Source: a virus. From it: a DNA stretch of 64,000 nucleotides. The translations under genes and the position numbers were made by a program. This document shows, piece after piece, positions 50,484-59,816 of the stretch. Every line of letters starts with the position of its first letter. Positions within the stretch are counted from its first letter, which is position 1. A model generated the notes under the pieces. That model ran no database searches and had not been told where the DNA came from. It was given only the letters and a program-made list of their open reading frames with translations. Location of the stretch: IMG/VR virus record IMGVR_UViG_3300021440_000015, positions 56,258 to 120,257 of that record; one strand, given 5' to 3'.

Positions 50484-51203
50484 ATGTACGATTATAAAGA
50501 CTTGAACGAGCTGTTGACTAAGGTGTCAGATGTGACTGTGATAGATCTGATGGACAAGGTCTCCTACATCACTGACTTCAGTGAGTTGATGTTACCCTTG
50601 GCTAAAGGTTATTACAACCGTGTAAACAACGAGCTTGTGTTTAGTGCTGACGTTGAGTATTCTACCATCATGAAGGATGGTACAAAGAAACAACTCATCA
50701 CCATGAGGGATTTCCAGACTTGTACTGGTATCATCTATAGTGAAGCCATCGGGTTTATCCAGAAACCCACGCCTCAAAACGTGATGATCAGGAAAAACAT
50801 CTGTGAAAAGCCTGTGTTTGATCTCAGGCTTCTCTCTGTAGTAGAGAAAATCATCGATGATTATCTCTATCGTTTATGCCCTCACACCCACACCACAGCC
50901 AATAATCTCGACTTAGACAAGCTGCTTCGACAGGATGTCAAAGAGGAAAAACGTGAGATAGCTATTGGTAATCTGGAAACAGATCTTATTGCTGTAATTG
51001 ATGAAGTCTCTAGTTTTGTGGGTCCTGACAGCTGGCACTTCTATTTTACCAAGAGACGTGGTACCGCTATAGTCATCAGTAAGACTGTGGACTTCCGGAT
51101 CTATGATTGGTATCGAATGAAGTGGGAGCGTGAGCAGCCTGACACAGACGAGAGTTCTATGCTGGCTATTTGTCAGGCTTTTGCTGATTTCAAGAAATCA
51201 TGA
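50484..51203 (+). CDS. conserved jumbo-phage hypothetical protein
   Basis: AAGGA RBS; FVG.DSW..Y...DFRIYDW. Confidence 0.65.
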   Translation: MYDYKDLNELLTKVSDVTVIDLMDKVSYITDFSELMLPLAKGYYNRVNNELVFSADVEYSTIMKDGTKKQLITMRDFQTCTGIIYSEAIGFIQKPTPQNVMIRKNICEKPVFDLRLLSVVEKIIDDYLYRLCPHTHTTANNLDLDKLLRQDVKEEKREIAIGNLETDLIAVIDEVSSFVGPDSWHFYFTKRRGTAIVISKTVDFRIYDWYRMKWEREQPDTDESSMLAICQAFADFKKS

Positions 51204-51580
51204 AACCGACTCTGTACACCTTAGATCTCAGATCTGAGTTAGGGTACTACAGAACCGTAGAAGAGCTTCAACCCATGTATTCAGCGGTTACGTTAAATAC
51301 TCTTGTTCAGCATATACTTACAGTACCTGGTAATAGTGATGATGAAGAGTATGTCTGGCAAGCTATAGAGAACTCTGTAGATGAGAATCCAGACGTATTT
51401 AACGAAGGCTATCTGCTAGAGCATATAGACTACTGGGTAGATGATATGAAAATATCACTGGACAGAGCCAATATAAAACAAGCTCCTCACGGAGTAGACC
51501 CTGGTGAATCCTATTTCGTTGGTTGGGTTGACCCCACCACAGTTCTTATGAGGTCACCATGTTACCTGAATCAAAACTGA
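51200..51580 (+). CDS. hypothetical protein
   Basis: ATGA overlap with upstream gene. Confidence 0.6.
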   Translation: MKPTLYTLDLRSELGYYRTVEELQPMYSAVTLNTLVQHILTVPGNSDDEEYVWQAIENSVDENPDVFNEGYLLEHIDYWVDDMKISLDRANIKQAPHGVDPGESYFVGWVDPTTVLMRSPCYLNQN

Positions 51581-51933
51581 AGCTGTATGTAGTAGACATA
51601 CCTGTTGAGATTGCCAATCTGGATTTGGTCCAGTTGGATACAGAGTCTGAAATGAGTAACGAGGATTGGATGAATCTTATTTGGCTTTGTTTGCTTAGAA
51701 ATAGAATCCTGATCAACAAGCTTAAAAAGCATAAATCATTACCTTCACACAAAGCTCTTACAGACATACTGACGACTCTTCTGCTTCAAGAATCCACAGA
51801 AGCATTTGAGGAAGCTTACGATCAGCTCTATCAGATAGTCGTTGACAGACTCCAAAAAGTTAATCTCGATCCTATCAAGATAAGAGGTATGACCATCACA
51901 GAACCCAATAACCTCTACGTGTATCATGTCTAA
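51559..51933 (+). CDS. hypothetical protein
   Basis: GAGG RBS; operon packing. Confidence 0.6.
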   Translation: MLPESKLKLYVVDIPVEIANLDLVQLDTESEMSNEDWMNLIWLCLLRNRILINKLKKHKSLPSHKALTDILTTLLLQESTEAFEEAYDQLYQIVVDRLQKVNLDPIKIRGMTITEPNNLYVYHV

Positions 51934-52387
51934 TGGTTTTTTGTTGATGATTTCCATAGACGACAGACTGGGACAGATCCTACATACTCATATAACTGAA
52001 AAGATGTATGAGTGTTTGGGTAATTCTGTCAACAGAGGTGTTCTGTCTGAGCTTTGTGACAATACCTTTAGGGACATGGTGTCTCAGGTAGTTATGAATA
52101 CTTCAGACGATCACTCTGATTTCTGTTTCAATCTGTTGTCTCTGCCTAATTACTCTGGCTTGCGATTTGGTGCTAAAGGTGAAATTCACCCATTTGCTTT
52201 TCGACAAGAAAGAGAACTTACAGGACTTAGCCACGCATTGAAAGACTTAGGTCTCTTCATGTTCTTCGCAATCGCCAGAAACAAACCTCAGGGTATGTAC
52301 TTGGTCGATGTCAAATATGTAGATCAGTTTAGTATCGGATTGATCTATAAACCCAATCACCTCTCTGGTATCATAGAAAGCTTTTAA
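51926..52387 (+). CDS. hypothetical protein
   Basis: operon packing. Confidence 0.6.
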   Translation: MSNGFLLMISIDDRLGQILHTHITEKMYECLGNSVNRGVLSELCDNTFRDMVSQVVMNTSDDHSDFCFNLLSLPNYSGLRFGAKGEIHPFAFRQERELTGLSHALKDLGLFMFFAIARNKPQGMYLVDVKYVDQFSIGLIYKPNHLSGIIESF

Positions 52388-52389
52388 AA

Positions 52390-52794
52390 ATGGCTGCTCA
52401 ATTTAGTCTGAATAAGACTTTTACCTTTGTCACAAGAGCACCCAGTATTCTGGGTGCATCTGTTATCAACGCCAAGTTGGTTGGTATTATGGTAGCTGAC
52501 ACTGCCAGAAAGACCAGTAATATAGATCTTCATTATCGGAAGATCTTTCCTTTGCTTCCAGCAGGCACGCCTGATGACGTCAACAGCTGTACGTACTATG
52601 AGTTCATTGGGGAATCAGGGGAACGATTCATCTATGCCGATCAGTGGATCGACATGGCCAGTGTGGAACTCATCGACAGTATTACTATCACAGCTGTGAT
52701 AGCAAATGCCAGTATGAATGACGTGAGTCGTATTCGTGACGCTCTTAACGCCATGGGTTACCGCTCTTACAACCTCACCACCAGAACAACCTAA
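52390..52794 (+). CDS. conserved jumbo-phage hypothetical protein
   Basis: APSILG, H..IFP.LP.GTPDD, WID, IRDALNAMGY. Confidence 0.65.
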   Translation: MAAQFSLNKTFTFVTRAPSILGASVINAKLVGIMVADTARKTSNIDLHYRKIFPLLPAGTPDDVNSCTYYEFIGESGERFIYADQWIDMASVELIDSITITAVIANASMNDVSRIRDALNAMGYRSYNLTTRTT

Positions 52795-52825
52795 TCATTT
52801 ACCCACCTCAAGAAAAGAAAGTATC

Positions 52826-53227
52826 ATGCCCTATTTTAGAGATGATTATCAAGACCTTGGTCAGGAAACTCTGATCCTTACACCTGTGGCTATACCTGGT
52901 CATGTCACTAACTTCGGTACTGTGGGTAATTTCACTTATCTGGAAATGTCCACAGGTCTGATCTATGTTCGTGAAAAAGACAGCAGTCTGAAAACACATC
53001 TAGGTTGGATCTTCCTTCATCAGTCTTGCATTGATGAATGTTTCCGTGAGAATATGACTTACGCTATGTTTGATATGGAATGCATGGCTTTGATCAAAGC
53101 TAAGTCTGACAATAAGTTAGATGACATAGCTGTGTTCCAGGAAAAATATAAGCAACTCTTTAACAAGTATGGTGTACCCATGCTCCATAAAGAGTACTTT
53201 GTCAACGGAACCAAAGAAGGACTTTAA
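52826..53227 (+). CDS. hypothetical protein
   Basis: gaaagtatcATG leader shared with genes at 42209 and 59411. Confidence 0.6.
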   Translation: MPYFRDDYQDLGQETLILTPVAIPGHVTNFGTVGNFTYLEMSTGLIYVREKDSSLKTHLGWIFLHQSCIDECFRENMTYAMFDMECMALIKAKSDNKLDDIAVFQEKYKQLFNKYGVPMLHKEYFVNGTKEGL

Positions 53228-53231
53228 TATC

Positions 53232-53558
53232 ATGTCTGATCGAACCTACAAACACGTGGATGATTTCATTGACGCTCCTTGTTTCCAGATGTCAGAATCA
53301 GAAACCTATGCAGCTTGGATGCTTAATCATTTCAGGTTTCCGGCTGGTCTGAAGTATAAGTTTGATAAGTTTATGAAAGCTCATAAGCTGTTTGCTACTT
53401 ACGAAGGCAAAGTTTACCTGGTGACAGGTGCTTCTCGCATGGGGGATGTTTGGTTAGCTAAAGATTTCGATCGTAAAAGTGGTTATGATCTTCGTATAGA
53501 CATCAATGTCATCCAAAGCTGGAGTAATAAACCAGACGGTCCCTACCAACTACCTTAA
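53232..53558 (+). CDS. hypothetical phage protein
   Basis: AAGGA RBS; VTGASRMGDVWL...GYDLR. Confidence 0.65.
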   Translation: MSDRTYKHVDDFIDAPCFQMSESETYAAWMLNHFRFPAGLKYKFDKFMKAHKLFATYEGKVYLVTGASRMGDVWLAKDFDRKSGYDLRIDINVIQSWSNKPDGPYQLP

Positions 53559-53567
53559 GGAAAAAAT

Positions 53568-55226
53568 ATGAGTATCAAGTCTGATAAATGGATTCGTGAG
53601 AATTCTCTGTTGCGGGACATGATTGTTCCGTTTGTGATGGACAATGAAAACAAGATCGTTGTTCATGGTGAGGAAAAGAAAGTACCTAGCTTTGGCCTTT
53701 CCTCTTACGGTTACGATGTACGCCTGGGTCCTAACTTCAAGTTCTTTCGCGGACAAGAAGCTTACCTGGTGCGTAGCAGCCCTAATTCTGGCGGCGGTCT
53801 GTCTGTTAACACACCTGTATTGGCAAGTACGCTAGGTCGCTCTATCGACATCGCTGATTTTACCAACACTTGTGAGTTGGCTTCTTTTGAAGACCTAGCT
53901 TGGATCGAACTTCCAGCAAAGAGCTTCTGTCTGGGACACACCATCGAAAAAGTGACTGTTCCTCGTGATGTCTCTGTTGTTTGCATGGGTAAATCCACTG
54001 TGGCAAGAGCTGGCATCATCGTTACTGTAACGCCTCTCGAATCTGAATGGTGCTTTACAGGTGATACTGAAGTGGCGTTGGCTAATGGCACGTCAATGTC
54101 TTTTAAGGAAATGGAAGAACGTGCAAAAACCGGCGAGCGTTTCTTTGGATACACATTTAGAAATGACGGAACTATCGGAATAGAAGAATTGTTGAATCCT
54201 AGAAAAACTAGGGCTATGGCAGATCTGGTAGAGGTAACGTTAGACACCGGGGATGTGATACGATGCACGCCGAATCATAAATTCTTAACTAAGAAATTTG
54301 GTTACGTCGAAGCTCAAAATCTAGAAGAAAACATTTCTTTGATGCCTCTTTATAGATATGTCGATAAAAAAGGATATGAGAGCGTGGCCGGCCCTGTTCA
54401 ATATAACACCAGACCTATCTACACTCACAAATTATCAGATCAATGGAATCTTGAAAACCACATCTATCCATTAGTAAATGGGCATGTCCGACATCACATT
54501 GATTTTAATCCAAGAAATAATTACCCTACAAACATTATTAGGATGTCCGATGAAGACCATCATAAGGTTCATGAAACTAAAGAAGGTTACACAGAAGAAC
54601 GTAAGCGCATAGCGGCAATTTCTAGAGAGTCTTTTTATGAAAAATGCAGAACCATTGCAAATTTCAGAGAAATTATGTCAGAAGTATTTAGCAAAGCTGC
54701 TAGAACGTTCTGGGATAGTCCTGAACATGCAGAAACAAGAGCAGGCTGGTTGAAAGCTCACTCTGAACCAAGGCCATATAGACTTAAGTATTTTGACAGG
54801 CAGGTGGTTTTAGATGCTTTTAAAGAATACGGGTCTATAAGGCAAGCAGGCAAAGCGTTGAAAACGAAAGCAGATACATTAGCTAGAAGGTTCCCAGATA
54901 TTGTAGCACAAGCCAGAAGTTTGGGTTACATACCTATGAATCATACAGTAAAATCTGTTAAAAAACTGGTTGAGAAAGAAGATGTTTATTGTCTCACCGT
55001 TCCAAACACGTCAAACTTTGCTTTAGATGCTGGAGTATTTGTTCATAATTGTGGAAATATCACATTGGAAATCACCAACACTACAGATCTTCCTGTGCGT
55101 ATCTACCCTGGCATGGGTATCACTCAGCTTCAGTTCTTTCAGTCGGATGAACAATGTTTGGTGAGCTATGCCGATCGGAATGGTAAGTATCAAAACCAAC
55201 CAGCTGAGCCTGTCCCCCCTATGTAA
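53568..55226 (+). CDS. dcd: dCTP deaminase containing an intein
   Basis: MSIKSDKWI, SFGLSSYGYDVRL, GKSTVARAG, TPLESEW|intein|CGNITLEI, SYADRNGKYQNQ. Confidence 0.92.
   Translation: MSIKSDKWIRENSLLRDMIVPFVMDNENKIVVHGEEKKVPSFGLSSYGYDVRLGPNFKFFRGQEAYLVRSSPNSGGGLSVNTPVLASTLGRSIDIADFTNTCELASFEDLAWIELPAKSFCLGHTIEKVTVPRDVSVVCMGKSTVARAGIIVTVTPLESEWCFTGDTEVALANGTSMSFKEMEERAKTGERFFGYTFRNDGTIGIEELLNPRKTRAMADLVEVTLDTGDVIRCTPNHKFLTKKFGYVEAQNLEENISLMPLYRYVDKKGYESVAGPVQYNTRPIYTHKLSDQWNLENHIYPLVNGHVRHHIDFNPRNNYPTNIIRMSDEDHHKVHETKEGYTEERKRIAAISRESFYEKCRTIANFREIMSEVFSKAARTFWDSPEHAETRAGWLKAHSEPRPYRLKYFDRQVVLDAFKEYGSIRQAGKALKTKADTLARRFPDIVAQARSLGYIPMNHTVKSVKKLVEKEDVYCLTVPNTSNFALDAGVFVHNCGNITLEITNTTDLPVRIYPGMGITQLQFFQSDEQCLVSYADRNGKYQNQPAEPVPPM
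54051..55049 (+). mobile_element. 333-aa intein with internal HNH-type endonuclease
   Basis: Block A CFTGDTEV, block B CTPNHKF, block F DVYCLTV..NF, block G FVHN followed by Cys; HHIDFNPRNNYPTNI...H. Confidence 0.9.
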
Positions 55227-55287
55227 ACCCCCATACAGACATCAGCCCATAAAGGCTGATGTCTGTATTACCCCAAGGAGTTAAGAA

Positions 55288-55539
55288 ATGTTAATCACGA
55301 TGCAAGGTATGATGAAACAACTGCAAACCAATGATAATCTTATCTTGGTTACTGTGGTAGGCTACACAACAATCAAGAAAGCAGCTCTTGATGAGATTAA
55401 CACAGAGACTTGTGATTTATCATGGGTCTGGAACGCTATGCAAGTTCTGGGTGAGACTCATGAACAGATTTATAAGCGTTTTGAAAATATAGTTTATAGC
55501 TTTCGTATCATGGAAGCTAATAAATGGATCTACCCTTGA
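55288..55539 (+). CDS. hypothetical protein
   Basis: AAGGAG RBS; 83 aa. Confidence 0.6.
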   Translation: MLITMQGMMKQLQTNDNLILVTVVGYTTIKKAALDEINTETCDLSWVWNAMQVLGETHEQIYKRFENIVYSFRIMEANKWIYP

Positions 55540-55548
55540 CCATCCTTA

Positions 55549-55584
55549 TGTAAAAGATTTCAGTCACATATACTTAACTTGAGC
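55549..55584 (+). promoter_or_regulatory. conserved promoter-like motif
   Basis: tgtaaaagatttcagtcacatatacttaacttgagc. Confidence 0.7.
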
Positions 55585-55632
55585 TTAGGTTCAAATATTC
55601 ATTCGAATATACGCTATGCTGAAGGAGTTATC

Positions 55633-55689
55633 ATGGAAGTCCATGAAATCACCCTGACCGAAGTAGAATGGTTGTTCTACTTCGGTTAA
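55633..55689 (+). CDS. putative 18-aa peptide MEVHEITLTEVEWLFYFG
   Basis: AAGGAG RBS, upstream promoter motif, downstream terminator; below the ORF-track size cutoff. Confidence 0.5.
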   Translation: MEVHEITLTEVEWLFYFG

Positions 55690-55735
55690 GAGGTGCCCGA
55701 ATTACCGGGCACCTCTTTTTTTTCTTTTTTTTTTT
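55690..55735 (+). terminator. rho-independent terminator
   Basis: gaggtgcccg / cgggcacctc followed by long T-runs. Confidence 0.8.
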
Positions 55736-55841
55736 GCCCTATCTGTTTAAAAAGTAATCCTTTGACTATAGCGATAACTCTTATCGTTTACAGAAGTTGA
55801 TTGTAATCAGTCAAAGACAACCTTATTTAGCAGAGGTCCAG

Positions 55842-56264
55842 ATGAAAGAACATGACCATATTAAACTGATGGCGTTGACTCTGTTCAACAATCAGTTTAA
55901 CAGAAACCTACGCGTTACAGATTTTGATATGATCTGTATTGCTAAAAAAGCTGATTACCCTATTGCTTTTGAAGCATACACCACAAGAGCAGATGACTTT
56001 CTACGTTTGCGTATTTATTTAAAGATAGGTAAAGCCGATAATCTACTTCCTTTTAAACTGGAAGTAAACGCCCCTTATCACAACACCACATCCGAAGATG
56101 AAGTTTGGGTGACTCTGGGTACCTTAGACGTTTATCATCTTGAGTCAGGCCACCTGAAGGAACAGTTCCTTTATGACTGTCCTGAACAAATGTTGAATTT
56201 AATCCTAGCTGAAGATGGCACACCTATCTTAGGCGAGAATGGTGAATATCTGTTAACAGAATAA
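55842..56264 (+). CDS. hypothetical, possibly tail-associated protein
   Basis: GAGG RBS before ATG 55842; C-terminal LILAEDGTPILGENGEYLLTE. Confidence 0.55.
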   Translation: MKEHDHIKLMALTLFNNQFNRNLRVTDFDMICIAKKADYPIAFEAYTTRADDFLRLRIYLKIGKADNLLPFKLEVNAPYHNTTSEDEVWVTLGTLDVYHLESGHLKEQFLYDCPEQMLNLILAEDGTPILGENGEYLLTE

Positions 56265-56331
56265 TACTTACATAGATACTAAGCTGTAAAGGCTTAGTAT
56301 CTATTAAACACGAAATAGGAAAGAAGGTAAA

Positions 56332-56676
56332 ATGGCTAATAGAAAGATAAGTGACTTTTCGCCGTTAACCACAGCTTCAGGTACTGTTTCTTGGGATTTA
56401 GATACCCATCAAGTCATCCGTATAGAGTTAACCTCTAACGTCACCAACTTCAATATTCAGAACTTAGATCTCACACGGATAGGTTTTGATTACAAAGTGG
56501 TTATTATTCACAAAGGCGGTGATCTTGTATTCCCAGCTAACGTGAAGTTCCCTGATGGTGCAGCACCGGCTCTTACTTTGGTCAACAACAAAATCGATAC
56601 ATTCAGCTTTATGGTGGAGTCCTTTGATGGAGTCACGCCTTATCTGTACTGTGTCGGTTACGCTTTGAACATGTAA
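56332..56676 (+). CDS. tail-fibre-associated small protein
   Basis: MANRKISDF N-terminus; FPANVKFPDGAAPALT...IDTFSF typical of fibre C-terminal modules. Confidence 0.6.
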   Translation: MANRKISDFSPLTTASGTVSWDLDTHQVIRIELTSNVTNFNIQNLDLTRIGFDYKVVIIHKGGDLVFPANVKFPDGAAPALTLVNNKIDTFSFMVESFDGVTPYLYCVGYALNM

Positions 56677-56677
56677 A

Positions 56678-56974
56678 ATGAAATTCAATCACCGACTTTC
56701 AGGCAGATACAAGCTAGAGATAGTCGGTAAAGAAGGTATCCGTAACACTCACGTATTCGACAACATGGTGGTCGATAACGGACTTGAACAGATAGGTAAT
56801 AACAACGTATTACTTACTGACTGTCAAGTGGGTGTGGGTAATAATCCAGCTTTACCGACAGATACATCTCTAGAAGTATTGAATAGCTACACAAGTCTGG
56901 TGACTGAAGCCATAAGCTTCAGTCATTCCCAGATTAAACCCTATGTGCTACAGACAACAAAGAGAACGTTATGA
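56678..56974 (+). CDS. virion-protein-like ORF, possibly truncated
   Basis: GRYKLE..FDN.V.D.GLE.IG..CQVG.GN..A..TDT.L resembles the N-terminus of longer tail proteins. Confidence 0.45.
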   Translation: MKFNHRLSGRYKLEIVGKEGIRNTHVFDNMVVDNGLEQIGNNNVLLTDCQVGVGNNPALPTDTSLEVLNSYTSLVTEAISFSHSQIKPYVLQTTKRTL

Positions 56975-57125
56975 AATAGAGAGAAATCTTATGGCCTTAC
57001 CTAGTAATGTCAAAAGACTTGTCTCAGCAGGTATGGGTACAAGTAATCGTTTACAGGTAAATTATAGCACATTGACTTAACGGTCATGCTATGACCGTTA
57101 ATAAGTCACTAACAAAGAGGTTATT

Positions 57126-58232
57126 ATGCCTAGTAAAAAAATCAGTGAATTTCTGATGCTTACGACCCCAACGGGTCTTGAGCAAACTGTAGTAGCTATC
57201 GGTGGTGTCAATCACCGTGTCACTTTGAACGCTATCAAGTCTCTGATCACTAAAAATGATCTGGGGTTGGAGTTTGTCAATAATACTTCAGACGCAGATA
57301 AACCTATCTCTACGGCTACTCAAGCCGCATTGGCAGGTAAGTCTAATATGGGTCATACTCACGCCATGGCAGATGTGCCAGGGCTGGTGCAGTATATCAC
57401 CGATCAGTTAACTGCATTAGCAGCTACTCTGTCAGCAGCAGGTCATACTCATCAACTCACAGAAGTGGTGGGATTAGTCACTGCCCTGGCCGATAAGGCT
57501 AATACAGCAGATCTGAACAGTCTGGCGACTGTGGTGGTTAACATCAATACAGCTCTTGCCACCAAAGCAGCTGCAGCACACAGCCACGCTACTGCAGACA
57601 TAATAGGTCTTGATCTGTATGTAGCCAGTCAAATTACCGGTAAAGCTGACGTTAGCCACACACATACAGCTGGTGAAATTTCTGGTTTGACAGCTTTTGT
57701 TCAGGCTCTGATCACAAACGCGATCGCTAGTTTCTCTAGTGTGGGTCACACACATGAGATCTCTGAGATCAATAACCTTACTGCTACTCTAGGTGGTAAA
57801 GCCAATAATTCAGATGTTACTGCATTAGGTACTCTGATCACAGCTTTGCAAACTACTGTAGCTGGTAAAGCAAATACAAACCACCAACATAGTGTAACCG
57901 ATCTCTTGAATTTCGCTTCTGAAGTTCAGGCTATCGTTTCTACTATGAATTTGGCTTCAGTTGCTCACACGCATACAGCAGCACAAGTCACTGACTTTAA
58001 TGCAGCTCTGTCTGTGATCATGCGTGATGTAAATACATTCATGAATGCCACTTCTGGTGCCCATGATGTATTACCACACGCACACACGGCTACTCAGATC
58101 CAAGGCTTGCAAACAGCTATCACTTCTGAACTTACAGTACCTAATCTGGAAACACAGGTGCAGACTATTGTCAATGCTATGGGACTTGGTGCCGTCATAA
58201 ACGCAGTCACTATTGGTGATATCCAGTGGTGA
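57126..58232 (+). CDS. tail fibre protein with HxH repeats
   Basis: VNNTSDADKPISTATQAALAGK; repeated GHTH/AHSH/SHTH...I.GL units. Confidence 0.8.
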   Translation: MPSKKISEFLMLTTPTGLEQTVVAIGGVNHRVTLNAIKSLITKNDLGLEFVNNTSDADKPISTATQAALAGKSNMGHTHAMADVPGLVQYITDQLTALAATLSAAGHTHQLTEVVGLVTALADKANTADLNSLATVVVNINTALATKAAAAHSHATADIIGLDLYVASQITGKADVSHTHTAGEISGLTAFVQALITNAIASFSSVGHTHEISEINNLTATLGGKANNSDVTALGTLITALQTTVAGKANTNHQHSVTDLLNFASEVQAIVSTMNLASVAHTHTAAQVTDFNAALSVIMRDVNTFMNATSGAHDVLPHAHTATQIQGLQTAITSELTVPNLETQVQTIVNAMGLGAVINAVTIGDIQW

Positions 58233-58283
58233 TAAAACCTAGTTCAGGTAATCATTCCCTCTTTAACTTCATAGGAGTCTAAC

Positions 58284-58856
58284 ATGGCACAATTGAAAAT
58301 TAGTAAAGTAACAGCTCTGCCAGGTACCCTGGAAGCTTCTACTCTGTATTTGGTGGCTGATGCCGTTCGTACTAACGACGTTAACATCTATGTGTCCAAC
58401 AGCACCGGCAGTGCTGCTAAACACGTGCCTACGTTTGCTGAACTGGAGACGATGGTCGACGGTAAAGTTACCGCAGGTCTGACCGCTGCTTCTTCGTTGA
58501 AGGTTGTTGCTGACATCACCGCTCGTGATGCTCTGGCTCCTGTCATCGCTACGATGGCTCTGGTGTTGGACGCTACTGGTGATGCTACCGTCTTGGTTGG
58601 CGCTGCCACCTACGTGTATGATCCAGTCGCTCTTGCTTGGTCGAAGATCAGCGAACATGAGTCGCTGGACGTCACCCTGACCTGGGCAAGTATCACTGGC
58701 AAGCCTACCTCGGCTGTGGCTGACATTGATGATGCAGTGACCAAGCGTCATGCACATGCTAACATCGCCGTGTTGGATCTGTTGAGCGACAACACCGGCA
58801 ACCTGTTGTATAACGGTCTGCCTGTTGCTCCCCAGATGCTGGCTGAGCAGTGGTAA
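58284..58856 (+). CDS. tail-fibre-associated protein
   Basis: AGGAG RBS; VVADITARDAL, VLDATGDATV..GAATY, WASITGKP, HAHAN..VLD. Confidence 0.7.
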   Translation: MAQLKISKVTALPGTLEASTLYLVADAVRTNDVNIYVSNSTGSAAKHVPTFAELETMVDGKVTAGLTAASSLKVVADITARDALAPVIATMALVLDATGDATVLVGAATYVYDPVALAWSKISEHESLDVTLTWASITGKPTSAVADIDDAVTKRHAHANIAVLDLLSDNTGNLLYNGLPVAPQMLAEQW

Positions 58857-58933
58857 TCTGACTCATGAGAGTCTAAGAGCTTAAGACACACAGAGCCGAA
58901 AGGCTCTGTGTGTCTTATAAACCCGACTGTCTT

Positions 58934-58969
58934 TGTAAAAGATTTCAATGTTATATACTTAGTTTGAGC
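58934..58969 (+). promoter_or_regulatory. conserved promoter-like motif
   Basis: tgtaaaagatttcaatgttatatacttagtttgagc. Confidence 0.65.
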
Positions 58970-59042
58970 TATATCGCTAGTTCATTCCCGATCTTGGGAA
59001 AACCTGTAGATGTCAGGTGGTTTAAAACATCAAGGAGACAAC

Positions 59043-59297
59043 ATGAAAGAAGTTACTTCGCAACAGCTCGATATCGAGCTGGCTCGTTTGGCCGGTGAGT
59101 TGGTTAGACGAGCGCGAATGATAGCGCGCATGTGTTCTTCAAAGTCTAAGGATCTTAAGGTTGACACCCTCTTGATCCAAGACTTTGAAGAAAGTCTCAA
59201 AGCTGACCCTTCTATCAAGGGTCAGTTCGCCGCGTGCGACATTATCATGGAAGTATCATACTTCCATGACGTCGAGCCTATCAAGGCAACGGCATGA
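59043..59297 (+). CDS. small hypothetical protein
   Basis: AAGGAG RBS before ATG 59043; terminator follows. Confidence 0.65.
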   Translation: MKEVTSQQLDIELARLAGELVRRARMIARMCSSKSKDLKVDTLLIQDFEESLKADPSIKGQFAACDIIMEVSYFHDVEPIKATA

Positions 59298-59346
59298 CAG
59301 AGAATCCCCAGGGCCAAAAGCTGAGGGGATTTTTTTTTTCAGCCTA

Positions 59347-59381
59347 TGTATAATTTTTTGATCCTATTTACTTTACTTGAC
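59347..59381 (+). promoter_or_regulatory. promoter-like motif, TTGAC variant
   Basis: tgtataattttttgatcctatttactttacttgac. Confidence 0.55.
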
Positions 59382-59410
59382 AGTATCTCATCTTTAAAAA
59401 GGAAAGTATC

Positions 59411-59815
59411 ATGGGTATCGCAGAAAAAACCAAGCTGTTAGAATTTATGCTGGAGAATCCTTTTTTCAAAACCATCTCTCTGATGGAACCTGAGGACATC
59501 GCTGAAATGTTTCAGTCTGAAAAAGAATTCAGAACTGAACTGATAACTATGGAAAGTATGTTTCATGAACTGCTTTGGCAGCAAGGGACATACGACGTCA
59601 TGGTTTTGAGTAACTTCAATCAGACACGCCCTGACAAAAGTAGAAGACTTGAGTTGGTTTCAGAAAAACCTGCGCAAGCTTTTATGGATAAACACATACG
59701 TACCATAAAAGACAAGAAAGTGTTAGCGACTCGCTGGCGTCTGTTTTACCACACACGCAATAGCAAAACCCTGGTCATGGATCGTACCGTGGCTATAATC
59801 AGAAAAGGAGAATAA
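59411..59815 (+). CDS. hypothetical protein
   Basis: AAAGGAAAGTATC-ATG leader. Confidence 0.65.
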   Translation: MGIAEKTKLLEFMLENPFFKTISLMEPEDIAEMFQSEKEFRTELITMESMFHELLWQQGTYDVMVLSNFNQTRPDKSRRLELVSEKPAQAFMDKHIRTIKDKKVLATRWRLFYHTRNSKTLVMDRTVAIIRKGE

Positions 59816-59816
59816 C

